From contig JBAZXC010000007.1 of the NCBI GenBank assembly GCA_041660065.1, forward strand, positions 1 through 46,976: a DNA stretch of 46,976 bases, read 5' to 3'. This document shows, one piece after another, positions 40,929-46,976 of this stretch. The notes below the pieces were generated by a model that saw only the letters and a list, made by a program, of their open reading frames with translations, did not search any database and was not told where the DNA came from. Positions within the stretch are counted from its first letter, which is position 1, and each line of letters opens with the position of its first letter. The stretch is from Parcubacteria group bacterium. GTDB taxonomy: Bacteria > Patescibacteriota > Minisyncoccia > Moranbacterales > GCA-2747515. Made by a program: the position numbers and the translations under genes.

Positions 40929-41957
40929 ATGCAAAAGAACAAAAATGTCGATCGCAGTAATTTACGACGTGTGATCTTATCAAGTGCGGATCAATTCGCA
41001 GAAGGGTTTGCCTTGGGGAAGGGCGTTGTCATTAAGAATGATTTTTCCGCAGTGATGATTTCCGGCATGGGCGGAAGTGCATGGCCGGCGAATGTTTTGC
41101 GTATTTATATCAACAGCCTTTTCAATCGTCACAAGGAATACAAGCGGTTGGCTGTTTATCAAAATCGATTTTATAAATTGCCACCAGAGGCATATAATGA
41201 TTGCTTGAATATCATCTGTTCACACTCCGGAAACACAGAGGAAACAATTGCATCTTTTGGGGAAGTGCTAAAGAATAAATTGCCGTGCATTGGCATCTCT
41301 GCAGGAGGGACGCTGGAGAAAATGTGTAAAAAGCATGGTGTGCCACACATCAAATTACCGATGCCGTATGCCGATTTCCAGCCACGGATGGCGACGGGGT
41401 ATTTTATTTCAGTGCTTGTGCAATTGCTTGTCAATGCGGGAAAATTGCCCAAAGAAGCAGTGTTGGTTGATACGGCGGTGCAAAAACTGCATGATGAGAT
41501 CGTGAAAATTGAGCAAAATGGAAAAAAAATTGCCAAGCGTCTGGTGGGAAAGACACCTGTTATATATGCGTCGACAAAGTTCAAAGCGTTGGCAATGATC
41601 TGGAAGATCAAGATCAATGAAAACAGCAAGGTGCCGGCTTTTTGGAATTATTTTCCGGAATTGAATCACAATGAGTTTGTCGGATTTACAAATCCACAGG
41701 CACAATTTTATATACTCATGCTACGTGATAAGAAAGATCATCCGCGCAATCTGTTGCGATATGATGTGACGGCGCGATTTTTGAAAAAAAAAGGTGTAAA
41801 GTCGGAGATTATTGATATTCCCGAAGGGGACACTTTGTATCGTATTTTCGCGACAATTGCATTGGGAGATTGGATCTCGTACTATCTCGCTTTGGCATAT
41901 GGGCAGGATCCTACGCCGGTAGATATGGTAGAAGATCTGAAAAAAGCCTTGGGCTGA
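40929..41957 (+). CDS. Bifunctional phosphoglucose/phosphomannose isomerase (SIS domain, archaeal-type PGI/PMI)
   Basis: ISGMGGSA and CSHSGNTEET SIS motifs; C-terminal PGI/PMI domain. Confidence 0.85.
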   Translation: MQKNKNVDRSNLRRVILSSADQFAEGFALGKGVVIKNDFSAVMISGMGGSAWPANVLRIYINSLFNRHKEYKRLAVYQNRFYKLPPEAYNDCLNIICSHSGNTEETIASFGEVLKNKLPCIGISAGGTLEKMCKKHGVPHIKLPMPYADFQPRMATGYFISVLVQLLVNAGKLPKEAVLVDTAVQKLHDEIVKIEQNGKKIAKRLVGKTPVIYASTKFKALAMIWKIKINENSKVPAFWNYFPELNHNEFVGFTNPQAQFYILMLRDKKDHPRNLLRYDVTARFLKKKGVKSEIIDIPEGDTLYRIFATIALGDWISYYLALAYGQDPTPVDMVEDLKKALG

Positions 41958-42015
41958 TATTCGCTGTCTAAACATTTTGAAAACAGGTATGGTACGCGAG
42001 GGATAGTCATGGTAC

Positions 42016-42044
42016 TTGCATTTATTTGCAAAACGTGCTATAAT
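42016..42044 (+). promoter_or_regulatory. Putative promoter with extended -10, about 230 nt upstream of rnj
   Basis: TTGCAT-17 nt-TATAAT with TG at -15/-14. Confidence 0.55.
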
Positions 42045-42279
42045 GAAAGACTGAATTACTACTTGCCGATCATGTTAAGAGTTAACGCATGATCGATAAA
42101 AAGCGATCTTTCTTTGTGTGCAGAAATGGGACTTTTTATTATACACACGTACAGTTACTGTAGTTTTTTGGTTTTGTAACCAATGAAAATAATAATCTAT
42201 TACAATAATAATCAATTCTGCGATGTGAAACACACATATGGTTCGTGATCATGTCAAGGAAACTTTATAAAAAATTTAT

Positions 42280-44283
42280 ATGATGAACAATGAACAAGGG
42301 GGTCAAGGACAAAAAGAAAACCCTCATCAAAAAAGTAGCGCGCGCAGACAAGCGAGCGTTGGCCATGCTGTGGTAAATCGTACAGCGCAAAAAAATGTAG
42401 AAAAAGTGCGTACCTCTTCCGCAAAGAAGAAAGGTACATACAAGAAAACACAATTTAAAAAGACTGCAGAGCAGAACAATGATAAAACTCCTGTGAAAAA
42501 GCAGAAGAAAAAACGGATGAATCGTATGCAGGGAGGACCAAAAACAAATGCAGAGAGAATTGTGTCGTCGACACAAAATAATGGAGAAAGAAAGAACACG
42601 CATGTCCCAAAAATCGAAAATGACACATTACGCATCATTCCACTTGGTGGACAGGAAGAAGTGGGTCGCAACATGGTGGTGTTTGAATATGGGAAAGATA
42701 TCGTGATCGTGGATATGGGCATGCAATTTCCGGAGGAGGATATGCCGGGCGTGGATTATATCGTACCAAACGCTAATTATCTCAAGGGGAAAGAACGCAA
42801 TATTCGTGGCGTGATCTTTACACATGGTCATTTGGATCATATCGGTGCTGCACCGATCGTACTCAAACAATTGGGATACCCGCCGGTGATCGCACGCGAT
42901 CTCACCTTGGCACTTATCAAGAAAAAAATGGAAGATTATGATCCGGGATCTGCGGAAAAGGTCCGTACGATCAGTGTAAAAAACATCGATCGAAAAATTC
43001 GTCTTGGAGAATTTGTGGCAAATTTCTTTGAAGTGGAGCACTCGATCATGGATTCGATGGGCGTTGCTCTTGTGACGCCTGTGGGTACGCCGATCCATTT
43101 GGGTGATTGGACGATCAGTCATGATCCTGTTGAAGGAGGGATTATTTCATATGAGCAATTGAGCAAATTTCCTGAACCGCGTATTTTGATGCTGGAGAGT
43201 CTGGGTTCGATCAAAACAGAATCACACAGTGAGAAGATCGTGCAGGGTAATTTGGAACAGCTTGTGCGCGAGTCAAAGGGTCGCATGATCATTGGTACAT
43301 TTGCATCACAGATCAAGAGGATCAAATTATTATTGCAATATGCGGAAAAAATTGGTCGCAAGGTGGCATTGGATGGGTATTCTATGCGTACAAATGTTGA
43401 AGTGGCACAGCAACTGGGCTATCTCAAAGTGCACAAGGATCTCCTTATCCCGATCAATGAGATCGAGCGTTATCCCGACCATAAAGTGATCGTTCTGTGT
43501 ACGGGCGCACAAGGAGAGCACAATGCTGTCTTGAATCGAATCGTTACCGGAAATCATCGATTTATCAAATTGAAAAAATCAGATACGATCGTGTTTTCAT
43601 CGTCGATCATTCCCGGCAATGAACGATCTATTCAGCGACTCAAGGATAATCTCTATCGGAAATGTGATCATGTGATCCATTCTGACATTATGGATATTCA
43701 CATGGGCGGTCATGCGACAGCAAAAGACATTCAATCTGTGATCAAAATGGTCAAACCGCAATATTTTATTCCGATCTATGCAAATTATTTTATGCTCAAA
43801 GAAGCGGCAAATCGTGCTGTGGAAGTAGGATTCTCTGAAAAAAGGATCGCGATTCTTGATAATGGAAGTATCATTGAGTTTAGCAAGAAGGGGTCACGGA
43901 TCCGTAAGGAAAAGGCTGATGCAAGTTACATCTTTATCGATGGACTGGGTGTCGGTGATATCGGGCATGTTGTGTTGCGTGATCGACAGATGCTTTCTGA
44001 GGATGGTATGTATGTGATCACGGTGCTGGTGGATAGCAAGACAAAAGAAGTGGTAGGTAATATGCAGATCACATCGCGTGGATTCATCTATGTAAAAGAT
44101 AACTTTGATCTCGTAAATGAAACCAAAGTGCATGTCAAAAAGGTGATCCAAAAATCCACAAGCAAAGACACAAAAATGGATTGGCGACAGGTGGAAAATG
44201 AGATTCGCGATCGTGTCGGTGAATACCTCTTTCAAAAAACACAGCGCCGTCCAATGGTGTTGCCTGTAGTGATCGAGGTGTAG
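42280..44283 (+). CDS. rnj: Ribonuclease J (metallo-beta-lactamase/beta-CASP) with a basic N-terminal extension of about 110 aa
   Basis: LRIIPLGGQEEVGRN, HGHLDHIG and the beta-CASP and C-terminal domains. The N-terminus is K/Q/N-rich. Confidence 0.93.
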   Translation: MMNNEQGGQGQKENPHQKSSARRQASVGHAVVNRTAQKNVEKVRTSSAKKKGTYKKTQFKKTAEQNNDKTPVKKQKKKRMNRMQGGPKTNAERIVSSTQNNGERKNTHVPKIENDTLRIIPLGGQEEVGRNMVVFEYGKDIVIVDMGMQFPEEDMPGVDYIVPNANYLKGKERNIRGVIFTHGHLDHIGAAPIVLKQLGYPPVIARDLTLALIKKKMEDYDPGSAEKVRTISVKNIDRKIRLGEFVANFFEVEHSIMDSMGVALVTPVGTPIHLGDWTISHDPVEGGIISYEQLSKFPEPRILMLESLGSIKTESHSEKIVQGNLEQLVRESKGRMIIGTFASQIKRIKLLLQYAEKIGRKVALDGYSMRTNVEVAQQLGYLKVHKDLLIPINEIERYPDHKVIVLCTGAQGEHNAVLNRIVTGNHRFIKLKKSDTIVFSSSIIPGNERSIQRLKDNLYRKCDHVIHSDIMDIHMGGHATAKDIQSVIKMVKPQYFIPIYANYFMLKEAANRAVEVGFSEKRIAILDNGSIIEFSKKGSRIRKEKADASYIFIDGLGVGDIGHVVLRDRQMLSEDGMYVITVLVDSKTKEVVGNMQITSRGFIYVKDNFDLVNETKVHVKKVIQKSTSKDTKMDWRQVENEIRDRVGEYLFQKTQRRPMVLPVVIEV

Positions 44284-44286
44284 GTT

Positions 44287-44335
44287 TAGATGAATAGACA
44301 TCTAGACCAGTAGACAAATTAGACAAGTAGATTTG
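44287..44335 (+). repeat. Array of six TAGA(C/T)-N3 units phased at 8 nt (one 9-nt step)
   Basis: TAGATGAA TAGACATC TAGACCAG TAGACAAAT TAGACAAG TAGATTTG. It starts 4 nt after the rnj stop codon. Confidence 0.85.
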
Positions 44336-44341
44336 CTGATA

Positions 44342-44382
44342 AAATATACTCCACGCCCATGTTGCGTGGAGTATATTTTTTT
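44342..44382 (+). terminator. Strong rho-independent terminator after rnj and the TAGAC array
   Basis: AAATATACTCCACGC-CCATGTT-GCGTGGAGTATATTT followed by TTTT. Confidence 0.85.
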
Positions 44383-44588
44383 ATACAAATATTGTGCTGT
44401 GTGGTATAATAAAAACAACAATTAGAGGCAATGATCTGCACATAGCATAAATGATTGTTTGCTCATGATGTGTGTGGAGTCGAATGGCAAAACTGGCGCA
44501 AGACCAAAGAGATTTTTTTTCGAAGAAAATAAAAATAAACCTAGTTAAATAGTTGCAAAACAAATTTAACGGGATAAAAAATAAAAAT

Positions 44589-46976
44589 ATGAATAAAAAA
44601 TATAAAAGACTTCTTACAGTTATCGCAATTCTTGTTGTGGTTGGAGGCATCTATTATACAATACGCACTGTACAAAGTGCTGATTACACATTTATACAAA
44701 CAGACTGGAGTGGAGGACAGTCTGGTGATGTTGCTGTGCATGAGACTAATCGTGTGGGATGGACAAAATATAGTACAAAAAATGGTAACCTCATATCCGG
44801 CAGTGAGCTAAGTTCTGCTGATGTTTCTGCAATAATAGAAAAAACAAGCGACTTGGATTTCAGTTCAGGTGCTTTTTCTGGTGTGGCGATTTATGGGTCG
44901 GGCACGGATGCCAATTTACAATTACAACAGGAGATCTCAATTGATGGAGGTACTGGATCCGATGGTAGCTATGCTTGTACAACGGGTACGTGTGTCCTAA
45001 CGGCAAATACATACAACTATACAACATTTGATATTTCTGCCGGAGCCATAGTAAAAGTGATCGGCTCAAATGCTTTGGTAATTAAGGCTACCGGAGATGT
45101 TACTATTGATGGTGTTTTGGATCTCGCGGGAGGCAATGAAGTTTATGCGTGTGGACAATTTTGGTGTGGCGGAGGTGGAGGCGGTGGCAATGGTGGCACA
45201 TACAATCGTGCTGGAGGGGCATCATTGACTGGAGGCGGGGCGGGAGGCGCTATCAAACAGGGCGGAAAATCCGCAGGAGGTGGCGGTGGAGGTGGCACAA
45301 CATCTGGAAGCCTTGGCGGAGGCGGAGGCGGGACGGTATATATTAATTCAAATCAAAATATTGTCATATCTAATACAGGCACGCTTACTGCCAAGGGAGG
45401 CTCATCTAATGGAGGGGTTTTTGGTAAAATGGGTGGCAATGGAGCTGGGGGAAAAATTGTTTTAACAAGTGCGACAATAACTAATAATGGATTAATTGAT
45501 GCAACGAGCCCTAATAATGGGTATCCTCAAGGTGAATTTGGCATCATTACGTTGATATACAATGCATTTTCTGGCACGATTCCAAGTGGCAGTACTTCTC
45601 CAGGTTTGTCAACGGCATATCCAAGTGTAGGTACATATGTCTCTGATGTTCTTGATACAAATCAAAATCCGCAATTTACAGAACTTGCATATAATACAAC
45701 ATTAAATGGTCAAGCGATCACAATAGATGTGCGTGCAGGTAACACAATAATGCCGGACGAAACATGGACGGTTTGGCAGACTAATATTGTAAACGGAGGG
45801 GATATCAGTGCGTTTTCTGGTAATCGGTATATACAATATCGTGTGAATTTTTCTACAACAGATACTGTCGTGACGCCAATCTTACATGATATTACATTTA
45901 ATTATCATTACATTCCATCTATCCAAGAGCTTACCTCAAATATATTTAATACTCAATCAAATCGCATTACTGTCACTGATCTTCAATGGACTGAGGTTTT
46001 TTCACAAAATACGGATATTGCATTCCAAATTCGTACATCGCCAAACGGTGTGAGCTGGAGCAATTGGTGTGGACCAGATGATGGCGTGAGTGGATTATGC
46101 AATTCAATCACATATTTTACTGATCCTATGGGTGGTGAAATGATTGATGACACACAAAGAGATCAATCAAATGATCAATATGTGCAATACAAAGTATCTC
46201 TCAGTTCTATGGATGGGCAAAATACCCCAATACTTTCTGACGTTTCCATTTCATATGCGGCAATCGATATGCCAGGAGCAACTACACAACAAGTAACTGA
46301 TATTTCACAAGATCAAGTGACTGCACATGCCACAGTCATATCAACTGGTAATGAAAATCCAACGCGAGCAATTCAATATACAACTACAAGCAACAACTAC
46401 ACGGGCGCACAAGAATGTTCTGCAGGTACAGGCAGTATTGGCGCATATAGTTGCCAGATAACAAATCTCACATCAAACACAACTTACTACGTAAGGGCGA
46501 AAGCAACAAACTCAGCGGGAACTATTTATGGGGACGAGCTTTCATTCACCACATTGCAAGAAGAGATCATAATTCAAGATCCGGATACAGATAAAATATC
46601 GGATGCAGTCACAGACGGCTACATCACCATAGACAACGGCTCCATCACCGATACCGCACAAGCAACCACAACAGTAAACGTCACAGTACAAGATGGCACC
46701 TTTCAAATGGAGCTCCCACAAAACACTCAAATCACCGGTGACGGCAGTTTCAATTTCCAACAATTCACAGCACAAAACGTTACACAAGCAGTGCGAGATG
46801 AACAACCCACCAGCAGAGTAGCTATAGACGTAGGCGTCCCAGGAGAATCTCTCAACTTCTCAGAAGACATCACCCTCCAGATCTACGTCGGCACAGCATT
46901 CAACACCATGGAAATGGCCATCCTCTACCAAAACGACGGAGATCCCACATGGTACACCCACACAACCCCCACATGC
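44589..46976 (+). CDS. Large cell-surface protein, N-terminal 796 aa (open at the 3' window edge)
   Basis: Hand-translated from ATG 44589 with no stop to 46976; missing from the ORF track because it is open-ended. It has a signal anchor LLTVIAILVVVGGIYY, Gly-runs in a beta-helix-like segment, and an Fn3-like segment (TSNTTYYVRAKATNSAGTIYGDELSFTT). Confidence 0.85.
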   Translation, partial: MNKKYKRLLTVIAILVVVGGIYYTIRTVQSADYTFIQTDWSGGQSGDVAVHETNRVGWTKYSTKNGNLISGSELSSADVSAIIEKTSDLDFSSGAFSGVAIYGSGTDANLQLQQEISIDGGTGSDGSYACTTGTCVLTANTYNYTTFDISAGAIVKVIGSNALVIKATGDVTIDGVLDLAGGNEVYACGQFWCGGGGGGGNGGTYNRAGGASLTGGGAGGAIKQGGKSAGGGGGGGTTSGSLGGGGGGTVYINSNQNIVISNTGTLTAKGGSSNGGVFGKMGGNGAGGKIVLTSATITNNGLIDATSPNNGYPQGEFGIITLIYNAFSGTIPSGSTSPGLSTAYPSVGTYVSDVLDTNQNPQFTELAYNTTLNGQAITIDVRAGNTIMPDETWTVWQTNIVNGGDISAFSGNRYIQYRVNFSTTDTVVTPILHDITFNYHYIPSIQELTSNIFNTQSNRITVTDLQWTEVFSQNTDIAFQIRTSPNGVSWSNWCGPDDGVSGLCNSITYFTDPMGGEMIDDTQRDQSNDQYVQYKVSLSSMDGQNTPILSDVSISYAAIDMPGATTQQVTDISQDQVTAHATVISTGNENPTRAIQYTTTSNNYTGAQECSAGTGSIGAYSCQITNLTSNTTYYVRAKATNSAGTIYGDELSFTTLQEEIIIQDPDTDKISDAVTDGYITIDNGSITDTAQATTTVNVTVQDGTFQMELPQNTQITGDGSFNFQQFTAQNVTQAVRDEQPTSRVAIDVGVPGESLNFSEDITLQIYVGTAFNTMEMAILYQNDGDPTWYTHTTPTC

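Overview
The window is a compact, gene-dense bacterial chromosomal segment that uses the standard code. TGA acts as a stop, for example in the uppP/folD ATGA overlap. AT-rich intergenic spacers, a shortened RpoA, an archaeal-type PGI/PMI, large surface proteins and many intergenic hairpin repeats suggest a Patescibacteria/CPR-like organism; this is inference only. Most genes are housekeeping: dnaJ behind a CIRCE operator, a hybrid PAS histidine kinase, a P-type ATPase, glmS, uppP, folD, tRNA-Leu(CAA), parAB, relA/spoT, rarA, scpAB, a DD-carboxypeptidase, mraY, pgk, eno, a PfkB kinase, an ftsA-like gene, the infA-rpmJ-rpsM-rpsK-rpsD-rpoA-rplQ-rplM-rpsI block, secG, an orphan family-5 SBP, PGI/PMI and RNase J. 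Both window edges cut large surface-protein ORFs. The most unusual content is non-coding. (1) An 80-aa GIY-YIG nuclease gene sits directly against tRNA-Leu and is bracketed by a 26-nt duplication of the tRNA 5' end. (2) A 20-bp palindrome, CCTGCCTGCCGGCAGGCAGG, occurs four times, each time in the apical loop of an existing hairpin: the tRNA D-loop fragment, the loop of another repeat, and the centre of its own copy. None of the insertions has a target-site duplication. (3) There is a family of hairpin repeats that begin with GTCAT. (4) Two arrays of TAGAC repeats phased at 8 nt lie 29 kb apart. (5) A roughly 200-nt foldback element follows glmS. A Cys-rich secreted protein with three near-identical 138-bp in-frame repeats, an RpoA lacking the C-terminal domain, and a repeat-flanked pair of unknown genes driven by a consensus promoter are also noted.
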